NCBI GenBank assembly: GCA_018897195.1
Contig: JAHILH010000005.1
Coordinates: 745 to 64,744, forward strand
Direction of reading: 5' to 3'
DNA: 64,000 bases
Origin: Patescibacteria group bacterium
GTDB lineage: Bacteria; Patescibacteriota; Patescibacteriia; Patescibacteriales; UBA12075
Shown here: positions 26,762 through 35,399 of the stretch, piece by piece
How the letters are laid out: each line of letters begins with the position of its first letter
Position numbering within the stretch: the stretch's first letter is position 1
Translations under genes and position numbers: made by a program
Notes under the pieces: generated by a model
Told to the model about the DNA's origin: nothing
What the model saw: the letters and a program-made list of their open reading frames with translations, nothing else
Database searches by the model: none

Positions 26762-26936
26762 GACATCCTCCTTTTTCTAATGAATCTTACGGGAATTCCC
26801 TCAGTCTTATATTTTATGATAAATACGAATATTAAAGAACTAAAAAATAACATTATAATATTTGTCATATTATGTCAATTATTTTCTAACAACCGACATT
26901 CTTTCAATTTCCAAAAATCTTTGCTAAAATAATAAC

Positions 26937-27827
26937 ATGAAAACTCAACAAAAAATCTTCAAAATTTTATTAGTCACCGCTCTTATTCTCGCACCACTTG
27001 TAAAAGTTTCCGCCAAGGAGGCACGCATTTTTTTATCATCTGGGTATGGAGTTTATCCGGCTGGCAAGGATATAATCACCCGCTTAATTATCAACAGCGG
27101 CGGCAATGCTGGCATCAACGCTGCTGAAGGGATAATCAAATTTGATCCGAAATTTTTAAAAATTAAAAGCATCAATAAAAAACCATCAATTTTTACTCTT
27201 TGGCCTACAGAGCCAAAATTTTCTAACGCCAGTGGCACAATTGAATTTGGTGGCGGCTCCCCGACTAAATACAAAGACACAGCTGGCCAAATTTTTACTA
27301 TCACCTTTACACCTTTAAAATCCGGAAAGACTGATTTGACAATCGCCACCACTACTGCCAAAATTTTAACCGCCGATGGAATTGCTGACAACATTTTAAA
27401 AGAAAAATTTCAAAGTTTTATAACCTTTGGCAATTCCAGTGCCTTGAAATCTGCTGCATCTTTGACAAAAAAAATGTCTGGCAAAATCCTCTTACAAGTG
27501 GAAAAAAACGGTGAGGCTTGGTATGTCTACCCTACCGACAACCGTCGCTACTTCCTCGGACGTCCCGAAGATGCTTTCAATCTCATGCGCAAACTTGGCC
27601 TTGGCGTCAATCACGCCTACATAAAAAACTACAAAACCTTTCCCGCAAAAGTTCTGGGTAAAATTCTCATTGATGTCGAGGATGATGGCCGAGCTTATTA
27701 CATCTACCCAGTAGACAAAAAAGCCTACTACCTTGGTCGTCCCAAGGATGCCTTTCGCATTATGCGCGAAAAAGGCTTAGGTATTAAAAACTCAGAATTA
27801 GACAAAATTGACGATTGGGCAATATAA
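26937..27827 (+). CDS. secreted cohesin-domain-like protein with two C-terminal 45-aa repeats
   Basis: Signal peptide and a cohesin-like pattern (AAEGIIKFDPKFLKIKSI...GTIEFGGG). Duplicated motif GEAWYVYPTDNRRYFLGRPEDAFNLMRKLGLGV / GRAYYIYPVDKKAYYLGRPKDAFRIMREKGLGI. Confidence 0.65.
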   Translation: MKTQQKIFKILLVTALILAPLVKVSAKEARIFLSSGYGVYPAGKDIITRLIINSGGNAGINAAEGIIKFDPKFLKIKSINKKPSIFTLWPTEPKFSNASGTIEFGGGSPTKYKDTAGQIFTITFTPLKSGKTDLTIATTTAKILTADGIADNILKEKFQSFITFGNSSALKSAASLTKKMSGKILLQVEKNGEAWYVYPTDNRRYFLGRPEDAFNLMRKLGLGVNHAYIKNYKTFPAKVLGKILIDVEDDGRAYYIYPVDKKAYYLGRPKDAFRIMREKGLGIKNSELDKIDDWAI

Positions 27828-27881
27828 ATTCAACTATGAATTATCCAGTCCGAGGCGGGTCTGCCTTGAGCGAAAAATAAA

Positions 27882-27909
27882 AAAGCTATTCGTTACAGCG
27901 AATAGCTTT
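27882..27909. terminator. bidirectional intrinsic terminator
   Basis: AAAGCTATTCG / TTACAG / CGAATAGCTTT between convergent genes. Confidence 0.7.
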
Positions 27910-27927
27910 GTTTGTTTTTAAAAGAAA

Positions 27928-28350
27928 TTAATTTGTTATCTCGACATAATCCAACTCTTTCTCCTTTTTATACAGAAGATAAAGCGTACCAAGACAAAAC
28001 GCCAAAAAATCCATGTTGCGCTCAATGTCCTTAATCCTGGTCGTCAGAAAAGTTCGATCAGAACGAATCAAATAACAATGCCGAACATGTTCCCACTTGT
28101 AAGATTGACAACTAGCAAACGCTTTTTCCAACCAACCCTCATCATTGAAATCAATAAAGGGATACAAGGCAAGAACTGCGTCCTTGGGATTAATCTTTTT
28201 ACAATAAGACATTATTGTCGTTACATGTGGCTGCAAAACATCAGCCAAACAAGGACCATTTTTATTTTTTTCAGCTTCCTCATTAACCTTCTTTTTGGCC
28301 TGAAGAATTACGGCATGGCACTCATCTACGAGTCTTAGCATATCGTCCAT
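27928..28350 (-). CDS. hypothetical protein
   Basis: 140-aa ORF with GGGGAG upstream. No recognisable motif. Confidence 0.5.
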   Translation of the reverse strand: MDDMLRLVDECHAVILQAKKKVNEEAEKNKNGPCLADVLQPHVTTIMSYCKKINPKDAVLALYPFIDFNDEGWLEKAFASCQSYKWEHVRHCYLIRSDRTFLTTRIKDIERNMDFLAFCLGTLYLLYKKEKELDYVEITN

Positions 28351-28545
28351 TAGAAATCTCCCCTTTTATAATGAACATTCAGAAAATAACCACAGACGTC
28401 GTCCATGATCACCATTTTTCCAAAGAACAAAAAAACACAATAAAATCAAATTAAGATCTTATTGCATCTAAAATAGATATTACACAATTTTCACAAAAAG
28501 TCAATATTAGCAATTTCCCTCAGTTAATATTGGCAAAAAATATGT

Positions 28546-28622
28546 TGGTGGACGCGGGGGGGCTCGAACCTCCGACCTCTACAATGTCAATGTAGCACTC
28601 TAACCAACTGAGCTACGCGTCC
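28546..28622 (-). tRNA. tRNA-Val (anticodon GAC), CCA encoded
   Basis: GGACGCG acceptor, TAGCTCAGTTGGTTAGAG D arm, anticodon arm CTACA-TTGACAT-TGTAG, GGTTCGAGCCC T arm, ACCA end. Confidence 0.9.
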
Positions 28623-28757
28623 TTATTATATTATAACCTTAAACCACCGCCCTCATCGCCCAAGGCAGGTCATCCTCGTGCTGACAAGCAACAAAGCTAG
28701 TCGTCCGTTTAATTAATTTAACATATTTATTAAAAAAGTAAACACCAAGTCCAGTGC

Positions 28758-28786
28758 TTGATTTATATCTTAAATACTATTATAAT
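28758..28786 (+). promoter_or_regulatory. sigma70-type promoter of hsp20
   Basis: TTGATT (28758-28763), a 17-nt spacer, then TATAAT (28781-28786). Confidence 0.6.
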
Positions 28787-28823
28787 ATTAATAACTTTAT
28801 AAACTATTAACCTAGTAAAAAAT

Positions 28824-29267
28824 ATGAAAAATTTTTTAAAGAAATTCTCAAATAGAAATAATGCACTAGAAGAAATTTACGAAGATGACGATATCGAAAT
28901 GGAGAGTGAAAATGACAATTGGCTCAATGACGCCGAAGAAGGACAACTATCTATTGATGTTTATCAAACTCCAAAAGAAATTATTATCAAATCAACCATC
29001 GCCGGTGTTAAACCAGCTGATATCGATATTGCAATCAATAATGACATGTTAACCATTCGAGGCAAGCGAGAAATGGGCAACGAAGTCAAAGATGGCGATT
29101 ACCTATTCCGTGAATGTTATTGGGGTGCTTTTTCCCGTTCAATTATTTTGCCAGTGGAGATTCAAGCTGAGAAAATCGACGCATCATTGGAAAACGGCGT
29201 TCTAACCGTTGTCCTGCCAAAAGCAAAACCCGCTAAAGAAATTTCAATCAGAGTTAAAGGAAACTAA
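28824..29267 (+). CDS. Hsp20/alpha-crystallin small heat-shock protein
   Basis: LSIDVYQTPKEIIIKSTIAGVKPADIDI...FSRSIILP...ASLENGVLTVVLPK. Confidence 0.88.
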   Translation: MKNFLKKFSNRNNALEEIYEDDDIEMESENDNWLNDAEEGQLSIDVYQTPKEIIIKSTIAGVKPADIDIAINNDMLTIRGKREMGNEVKDGDYLFRECYWGAFSRSIILPVEIQAEKIDASLENGVLTVVLPKAKPAKEISIRVKGN

Positions 29268-29271
29268 TAAT

Positions 29272-29490
29272 ATGGAAGAAAAAATTACAATTGATCGTTT
29301 TGAAGACGACAAGGCTGTACTCAAAACCAGCGATAACAAAACCATAATTTGGCCAACCAAAAAATTACCCGAGAATATCAAAGAGGGCGATGTTTTGTTA
29401 TTTACCATTCAAACTGAAAACGAAAAAACCATCAGAAATAAAGAATTGGCCAAAACTATTTTAAATGAAATTTTAAATCCTACAGAATAA
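29272..29490 (+). CDS. DUF3006-like small protein
   Basis: ITIDRFEDDKAVLK...LPENIKEGDVL pattern. Start moved to the ATG at 29272, after the hsp20 stop. Confidence 0.5.
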   Translation: MEEKITIDRFEDDKAVLKTSDNKTIIWPTKKLPENIKEGDVLLFTIQTENEKTIRNKELAKTILNEILNPTE

Positions 29491-29499
29491 AACGAAATT

Positions 29500-31431
29500 T
29501 TGAAATATTTATTCAAAATTCAATCCGCCGCGGCGGACAAAATTCGCAACATGTTCCTATTTCACGAAAAATATAAACACCACTATAAATGGCTGAGCGT
29601 TCTCTCTGTCATTTTTTTTACAATCATTGTGGCTGTTTTAACAACCTATTCTGTTTTTGAAAAAAAATATCAAAACCGAATTTATCCCGGTGTTTTTTTG
29701 GGCACCACTAATCTTAGCGGCTTATCAAAAAATGATGCTGCGGCTTTAATTAATCAAAAAATTGATCAGATAAATCAAGATGGTATTGTTTTCTATTACC
29801 GTACCGACAACGCCCCGCTTTATCCCCTCATCTCCTCAATAGAGGGCGATTTAGCTTATCAAATTATTTATTTTGACACGGAAAAGACTGTTAACTCGGC
29901 AATTAACTATGGCCGTAACGGGAAATTTTATAACAATCTCTTAGAAAAAATTACCGCCCTGAGTTATAAATACCAAATTGCCATGGACTACACTATTTAT
30001 GAGCAAGAAGTTGAAAAATTCCTAAATGACAATTTCAAAAGATTCGAAACACCGGCTAAGAACGCTGAGCTTATTTATAAATTAAACAAAAATGATAAAA
30101 CCGTTACTTTCGATATCAAGGATGAGACTTATGGGCAAATTATCAACATTGCCCAAGCTAAAACCACTCTACGCGATAGACTAAACACTCTCAACCAAGA
30201 ACCAATTGAGCTTAGTGCTGAAATTAACTACCCGCAAATAAACAAAACTGATGTCCTAAACATTGAGACGATGGCGCAAAAATTTTACAGCAAAGTGCCT
30301 ATTACTTTAAAATACAATATCAAAAAATGGACATTGGACGCAGACGATGTTTTAGCCTGGCTGCAACTAAAACTTGACCAAGAAGCAAAAGAAAAAAAAG
30401 TCTTCATAGGCCTAAACTCCGACAAAATTAAAGATTATCTCAAAACAACCATCGCTTCAAAAATAGACAAAGAAGCAATTGATCCCAAATTCAATATCGA
30501 AAATGGCAAAGTATCTGAATTTCAAACCGGACAAGAAGGTATCGCTCTTGATATTGAGGCAACAGCCAAAAAGATTGAATTCTTTTTAAACAGCGACGAA
30601 GAAAACAAAGAGCTTGAAGTTATCACTGAAATAAAAAAATCCCTATCAGCTGTCGAAATTGAAAATCTTGGCATCAAGGAATTACTCGGCACTGGTCATT
30701 CAAAATTTACCGGTTCACCCAAAAATAGAATTCACAACATCAAGACTGGGGCCAATGCTGTCAACGGCACCATTATCAAACCAGACGAAGAATTCTCCCT
30801 CATTGCCACACTTGGTAAGATAGACAAAGACTCTGGCTATTTACCAGAGTTGGTTATCAAAGACAACAAAACCGTTCCAGAATATGGCGGCGGTCTTTGC
30901 CAAGTCGGCACCACAATCTTTCGAGGCACCGTTGATACTGGGCTACCGGTCACTGCACGCCGTAATCACTCCTATCGTGTCTCCTATTACGAACCAGCCG
31001 GCACTGATGCAACAATCTATGACCCTTGGCCAGATTACCGATTTCAAAACGACACCAATAATCACATCTTAATTTTATCAAGAATGGAAGGCTATGATTT
31101 ATATTTTGATTTCTGGGGCACAAAAGATGGTCGTATCGCTACTTCCACCTACCCCACAATCTACAACATCGTCAAACCGGCACCAACTAAAATAATCGAA
31201 ACGGCCGACCTTGGGCCCGGAGAGAAAAAGTGCACAGAACACGCCCACAATGGCGCTGACGCCTATTTCGACTATAAAGTCACCTATCCCCTCCTAGGCA
31301 CTTCTACTGAGCCAGTGGTCAAGAACACGCGTTTCCGCTCACACTACGTTCCATGGCAGGAAGTTTGCTTAGTTGGCATTGATACCAACAAAAACAAGGC
31401 CACTTCAACTGAAACGACTATAAAAAAATAA
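29500..31431 (+). CDS. VanW-family protein, membrane anchored
   Basis: N-terminal TM helix and the VanW core YGGGLCQVGTTIFRG. The start codon is uncertain (TTG at 29500 or a downstream ATG). Confidence 0.8.
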   Translation: MKYLFKIQSAAADKIRNMFLFHEKYKHHYKWLSVLSVIFFTIIVAVLTTYSVFEKKYQNRIYPGVFLGTTNLSGLSKNDAAALINQKIDQINQDGIVFYYRTDNAPLYPLISSIEGDLAYQIIYFDTEKTVNSAINYGRNGKFYNNLLEKITALSYKYQIAMDYTIYEQEVEKFLNDNFKRFETPAKNAELIYKLNKNDKTVTFDIKDETYGQIINIAQAKTTLRDRLNTLNQEPIELSAEINYPQINKTDVLNIETMAQKFYSKVPITLKYNIKKWTLDADDVLAWLQLKLDQEAKEKKVFIGLNSDKIKDYLKTTIASKIDKEAIDPKFNIENGKVSEFQTGQEGIALDIEATAKKIEFFLNSDEENKELEVITEIKKSLSAVEIENLGIKELLGTGHSKFTGSPKNRIHNIKTGANAVNGTIIKPDEEFSLIATLGKIDKDSGYLPELVIKDNKTVPEYGGGLCQVGTTIFRGTVDTGLPVTARRNHSYRVSYYEPAGTDATIYDPWPDYRFQNDTNNHILILSRMEGYDLYFDFWGTKDGRIATSTYPTIYNIVKPAPTKIIETADLGPGEKKCTEHAHNGADAYFDYKVTYPLLGTSTEPVVKNTRFRSHYVPWQEVCLVGIDTNKNKATSTETTIKK

Positions 31432-31446
31432 AATTTAGCAAAATAA

Positions 31447-31477
31447 AAAACCCAATCACTCTCACTGATTGGGTTTT
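31447..31477. terminator. bidirectional intrinsic terminator
   Basis: AAAACCCAATCA / 7-nt loop / TGATTGGGTTTT. Confidence 0.75.
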
Positions 31478-31488
31478 GCTTTTTTGAA

Positions 31489-31677
31489 TCATGACTGATT
31501 CCTCACGCACTTAATATTCAACGAAACAGTAACTCGTTTTCCATCCGCGGTTTTATGCCTGATATTAATCGCATCGATACTAAATTTATTTTCTTTTTCA
31601 AAGTGTTTAAGAAGCTCAAGAATGTCGCGTTCAAGCTTTCTTGTTTGCTCTCGATGCTCTTCGGAATTTATAGTCAT
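31489..31677 (-). CDS. hypothetical 62-aa protein downstream of the structured RNA
   Basis: GGAGGTG lies 6 nt upstream of the ATG at 31677 (MTINSEEHREQTRKLERD...). The ORF track starts at 31692. Confidence 0.5.
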   Translation of the reverse strand: MTINSEEHREQTRKLERDILELLKHFEKENKFSIDAINIRHKTADGKRVTVSLNIKCVRNQS

Positions 31678-31715
31678 TGCCGACACCTCCAATTTATTAG
31701 TATTAATTCTTAGTT

Positions 31716-31895
31716 AAAAAAAAGACCAACTTAAGTGGGCAGGCAAGAAATTTCTGCTAGGTATTCCCGAGCCAATTGCAGTAAATAATTTTTATCTTAC
31801 TTACTTCAATTGGCCCATAAAACCCTAACATTAAATCCCCATGCTTGTCGTGCCTAACCCACTCAAAATGGCCTTCCATCCTTTTTTTGATTAAT
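31716..31895 (-). ncRNA. candidate rod-like structured RNA (sRNA or terminator-containing leader), unassigned family
   Basis: Long interrupted hairpin with about nine G-U pairs that form only on the minus strand. A promoter lies upstream and a U8 run follows directly after the 3' arm. Confidence 0.5.
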
Positions 31896-31900
31896 AAAGT

Positions 31901-31929
31901 AATATATCACACCCAGAGAAAAATGTCAA
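31901..31929 (-). promoter_or_regulatory. sigma70-type promoter with extended -10
   Basis: On the minus strand: TTGACA (31929-31924), a 17-nt spacer ending in TGa, then TATATT (31906-31901). Confidence 0.6.
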
Positions 31930-31979
31930 TAGCTATCCCACAAAACTGAGTCTTAATTGCTAATATTAAATAAAAAAAT

Positions 31980-32036
31980 ACGACCAGAAAAGGTCGTTTT
32001 TAGCAAATAAAAAAAAGAAATTATTGCTAATTTCTT
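31980..32036 (-). terminator. two tandem intrinsic terminators after the 32050 gene
   Basis: AAGAAATTA/TAATTTCTT (32015-32036) and ACGACC/GGTCGT (31980-31997). Each is followed by a T-run on the minus strand. Confidence 0.65.
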
Positions 32037-32049
32037 TTTTTATTTAAAA

Positions 32050-32538
32050 TTACAATTTTAACAAGCGCGCCAATCCCTCAGACAAGGGCAAATCAGTTCT
32101 TTCTAAATCCTCGTGCAAATATCTTAACAAATATTCGCGTATTGCAATTGGGTCCATTCCGTCTAATTGTACAGAAATTCGATGTTTTATGCCACTTTTG
32201 AACTCAAAATACAGATTTCGCACTTCCTGCTTCGGCTTATAGAGAACTGAAAAATTCTTTAATTCATCATAGTCATAGAATTTTCGCCCCACGATCACGC
32301 CTTCATCGGTCAAAGTTATATTTATCATCATCGGCTCCTGACCATGATTTAAGACATATAGCAAGACTGCAATAATGACAATTACGGCAAAAAGAAAGTC
32401 GTGAGTTAAAAAAGAAAAAACCAGAAAACCTAAAGCCACCAAACCGGCAATGATATACCAATTTTGAGATCGTTCATAGGCAATATATTCAGGCACATGC
32501 CAAGAAATCACCTCCTCTTTTTTTTCATTATTTTCCAT
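32050..32538 (-). CDS. two-TM membrane protein with C-terminal PH-like domain, unknown function
   Basis: 162 aa with two adjacent hydrophobic helices after WHVPEYIAYERSQNWY. Confidence 0.65.
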   Translation of the reverse strand: MENNEKKEEVISWHVPEYIAYERSQNWYIIAGLVALGFLVFSFLTHDFLFAVIVIIAVLLYVLNHGQEPMMINITLTDEGVIVGRKFYDYDELKNFSVLYKPKQEVRNLYFEFKSGIKHRISVQLDGMDPIAIREYLLRYLHEDLERTDLPLSEGLARLLKL

Positions 32539-32695
32539 TTTTTTAAATATTTTTAAATATTTGACTTTTTTCTGAATATTTTATATATTTATTATAGCAA
32601 TATTTATATATCTCGTAAATAGGTGTATAAATAGAAGCAGTCTAGATATGCAATAATCTATATATCTAGTTATTTTTTTTATTGCAAAGTTTTTT

Positions 32696-32785
32696 GGAGA
32701 GATGGCTGAGTGGCTTAAAGCAACGGATTGCTAATCCGTCGTACGGGTTTATCCCGTACCGAGGGTTCAAATCCCTCTTTCTCCG
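32696..32785 (+). tRNA. tRNA-Ser (anticodon GCU)
   Basis: Acceptor GGAGAGA/TTTCTCC, anticodon arm ACGGA-TTGCTAA-TCCGT, long variable arm, T loop TTCAAAT. Confidence 0.88.
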
Positions 32786-32815
32786 CAGAAAAAAATAAAA
32801 ATCAAAATTAATTTC

Positions 32816-32902
32816 GGAGGGGTGCTAGAGCGGTTTAATAGGACAGTCTTGAAAACTGTTGAACCTTCACGGGTTCCGAGAGTTCGAATCTCTCCTCCTC
32901 CG
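32816..32902 (+). tRNA. tRNA-Ser (anticodon UGA)
   Basis: Acceptor GGAGGGG/CTCCTCC, anticodon arm ACAGT-CTTGAAA-ACTGT, long variable arm, T loop TTCGAAT. Confidence 0.88.
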
Positions 32903-32951
32903 CACTTGTAAAAAACTCCGCTACGTTGCGGATTTTTTTACAAAACGAATA

Positions 32952-33023
32952 GCTTTCGTAGTTCAGTGGATAGAACATGGGATTGCGGTTCCCAGGACTT
33001 AGGTTCGATTCCTAACGAAAGCA
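32952..33023 (+). tRNA. tRNA-Arg (anticodon GCG)
   Basis: Acceptor GCTTTCG/CGAAAGC, D arm GTTCAGTGGATAGAAC, anticodon arm TGGGA-TTGCGGT-TCCCA, T arm TTAGG-TTCGATT-CCTAA. Confidence 0.8.
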
Positions 33024-33024
33024 C

Positions 33025-33087
33025 AAAGCACAAAATGCAAAGAGTGAGTCGCTGCTGCGATTCGCTTCTTGCATTTTGTGCTTTTTT
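33025..33087. terminator. long bidirectional terminator hairpin
   Basis: 16-bp stem AAAGCACAAAATGCAA / TTGCATTTTGTGCTTT plus a T-run. Its 3' arm abuts the stop of the convergent HD gene. Confidence 0.7.
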
Positions 33088-33643
33088 ATTTCAACAACAA
33101 CATCATCGCCTCATATTTCGGTTTAATAATTTCCTTACTCTTATCAAAATGCAACTGCTGCCATTTGTTTTCCAATTTAGTTCGCACCGACTCCTTCGCC
33201 TCAGATTGAGTTAAATTTTCGTAAACAAAAGCGGCCTTAAAGATGCCGGCTAGATTTTCAAAACTACTCAAGACATCCGCTTCCGCTATTATCTTTTCCT
33301 CGACACTATCGCAAGTATTATGTTGAGAGCCACGATGATTTAGAATACACTTTTTTATCAATGCTATCTTTTCAGCGGGATATCCTAGCTCGGTTAATTT
33401 TTCTTCAGCAACCTTCGCTCCGGTAATATGGTGGTCATCTCGTCCATAGATAATAGACCCGATATCATGCAACCAAGCAGCAATCAAAATCACCTCCTTA
33501 TCCCCGCCAAGTTCATCAGCCAATCTGCCGGCATACTGAACAACGGGCACAAAGTGGTGCGGGAACGGTTCGTAGCCATATTTACTACTCGGCTTCAAAC
33601 ATTCAGCCTCAACAAAATTTTTAATTTCTGTAATTATATTCAT
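33086..33643 (-). CDS. HD-domain metal-dependent phosphohydrolase
   Basis: AAWLHDIGS HD motif; 185 aa. Confidence 0.75.
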   Translation of the reverse strand: MNIITEIKNFVEAECLKPSSKYGYEPFPHHFVPVVQYAGRLADELGGDKEVILIAAWLHDIGSIIYGRDDHHITGAKVAEEKLTELGYPAEKIALIKKCILNHRGSQHNTCDSVEEKIIAEADVLSSFENLAGIFKAAFVYENLTQSEAKESVRTKLENKWQQLHFDKSKEIIKPKYEAMMLLLK

Positions 33644-33651
33644 AAATAAAT

Positions 33652-34857
33652 TTATAAGTATTTCCGCCCCCTCAATTCATCCGGCAAATACTCTTGCTTC
33701 TCACTATAATTATGATCTGGCGAATATTTATAATCTTTACCATAACCTAGCTCCTGCATTAATTTTGTCGGGGCATTGCGGATGTGCATCGGCACGGGCA
33801 AGGCGCCGTGATTACGAACATCGTCGGCAGCTTTTTTGTAGCCGGTGTAGAGACTATTTGACTTAGCACATTTAGACATATAAACAACCGCTTGGGCGAG
33901 AACGACATTGCACTCAGGCATTCCCATGAAGTGACAAGCGTTGTAAGTGGCAACGGCTTGCTCTAGAGCTCGTGAATTAGCTAATCCGATATCTTCTGAT
34001 GCGAAGCGAACAAGGCGTCGTGCGAGATAGAGCGGCTCTTCACCAGCTTCTAACATTCTTGCCAACCAATAGAGCGCCGCGTTCTCATCGGAACCGCGCA
34101 TAGACTTATGGAGAGCGGAAATAATATTGTAATGTTCTTCCCCGTTCTTATCATACAACAAGTGGGTTTTCTGAAACGCTTGTTTAATCGTTACTAAGCT
34201 AATTTTCTCACTAATCGAACTAGCAAACTCCAAAATATTTAAAGCCGTACGCGCATCACCATTACTCATCTGCGCCAAAGCCTCACGCGCTTCCGGCTCA
34301 ATCTCAATCTTCAATTCACCCAAACCATTTTCCTTGTCACCTATCGCCTTATCAATTATTTTCAAAATCTCATCCTTGTGCAAAGTCTCCAAAACAAAAA
34401 CCCGACAACGGCTCAATAGCGCGTTTCGGATTTCAAAACTAGGATTTTCAGTTGTTGCACCAATCAAAATAATCAAACCATTTTCAATATGTGGCAACAG
34501 TGCATCTTGTTGCGACTTATTCCAACGATGAATCTCGTCCACAAACAGAATTGTCTTTTTTCCCTCAATCTCATTCGACTTCGCCTCCCGCACCACCTCA
34601 CGCAACTCCTTCATACCGCTCGTGACAGCGCTCAAACGTAAAAACTCGGAGTTGGTCTGCTTAGCTACAATAAAAGCCAAGGTGGTCTTCCCAGTCCCAG
34701 GTGGTCCCCAAAAGACAAGAGACGGCAACTTATCCGCCATAATCGCCTGTCGCAAGATGGTCCCTTCACCAATTACCTTAGCTTGGCCAAAAAAATTGTC
34801 CAAAGTTAGTGGTCGCATTCGATCAGCCAGGGGTTTTTTGTTTAATTTATCAGTCAT
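33652..34857 (-). CDS. rarA: replication-associated recombination protein A (AAA ATPase)
   Basis: GPPGTGKTT, LFVDEIHRWNK, and an MgsA C-terminal pattern (HYNIISALHKSMRGSD). Confidence 0.9.
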   Translation of the reverse strand: MTDKLNKKPLADRMRPLTLDNFFGQAKVIGEGTILRQAIMADKLPSLVFWGPPGTGKTTLAFIVAKQTNSEFLRLSAVTSGMKELREVVREAKSNEIEGKKTILFVDEIHRWNKSQQDALLPHIENGLIILIGATTENPSFEIRNALLSRCRVFVLETLHKDEILKIIDKAIGDKENGLGELKIEIEPEAREALAQMSNGDARTALNILEFASSISEKISLVTIKQAFQKTHLLYDKNGEEHYNIISALHKSMRGSDENAALYWLARMLEAGEEPLYLARRLVRFASEDIGLANSRALEQAVATYNACHFMGMPECNVVLAQAVVYMSKCAKSNSLYTGYKKAADDVRNHGALPVPMHIRNAPTKLMQELGYGKDYKYSPDHNYSEKQEYLPDELRGRKYL

Positions 34858-35012
34858 ATAGCTATAATATACGCTCTATGTTTGAAAAATGCAATATACA
34901 CAACTTGGCTAATATTAAAAATATTATTAATAATTTCAAAAATTGACAAAATCAAAAATTATGCTAATCTATATAAAATATCAACCCATAAAATTACACC
35001 AGGAGGAGCACC

Positions 35013-35303
35013 ATGGATATCGATCTTTTAAAAAAACTCATTGCAATTATCAAAGACGGAAACTTTCTCAGGGCAGACAATATCACAGTTGTTAATTGTC
35101 TAAAATTACGTTCGCTGTGCCACGTTCTAGCCTCCGAAATGCAAATTGATATCCATATGGAAAAAAGTATTGGTGCAATTGACTATTACAAAATATGTGA
35201 TAATAAAATTGTTACAGAACATAAAGATAATTTAAAAGAGGCGAAAAAAACTGTGAATGACCTCATGACTGTTGCAAGAATGTATATCAAGGAACTCTCA
35301 TAA
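35013..35303 (+). CDS. hypothetical 96-aa protein
   Basis: AGGAGGAG lies 5 nt upstream of the ATG. It has its own terminator. No recognisable motif. Confidence 0.5.
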   Translation: MDIDLLKKLIAIIKDGNFLRADNITVVNCLKLRSLCHVLASEMQIDIHMEKSIGAIDYYKICDNKIVTEHKDNLKEAKKTVNDLMTVARMYIKELS

Positions 35304-35324
35304 CAATATCCCAATCATTACGAT

Positions 35325-35359
35325 ACCGTTGCACGTCACACTGCAACGGTCTTTTTTTT
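35325..35359 (+). terminator. intrinsic terminator
   Basis: ACCGTTGCA / 8-nt loop / TGCAACGGT followed by CTTTTTTTT. Confidence 0.8.
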
Positions 35360-35399
35360 AAAATCTCGCTTTTTTATTTCAATATGTTAAAATATAAGC

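Noticed and set aside
28643-28707. GC-rich 65-bp patch next to tRNA-Val containing CCAAGGCAG, reminiscent of the 3' side of SRP (4.5S) RNA helix 8.
   Set aside because: The complementary 5' half (GGAAGCAGC-type) is absent on either strand and I could not fold a hairpin. It may be a gene remnant or promoter-upstream element. It is too weak to call.
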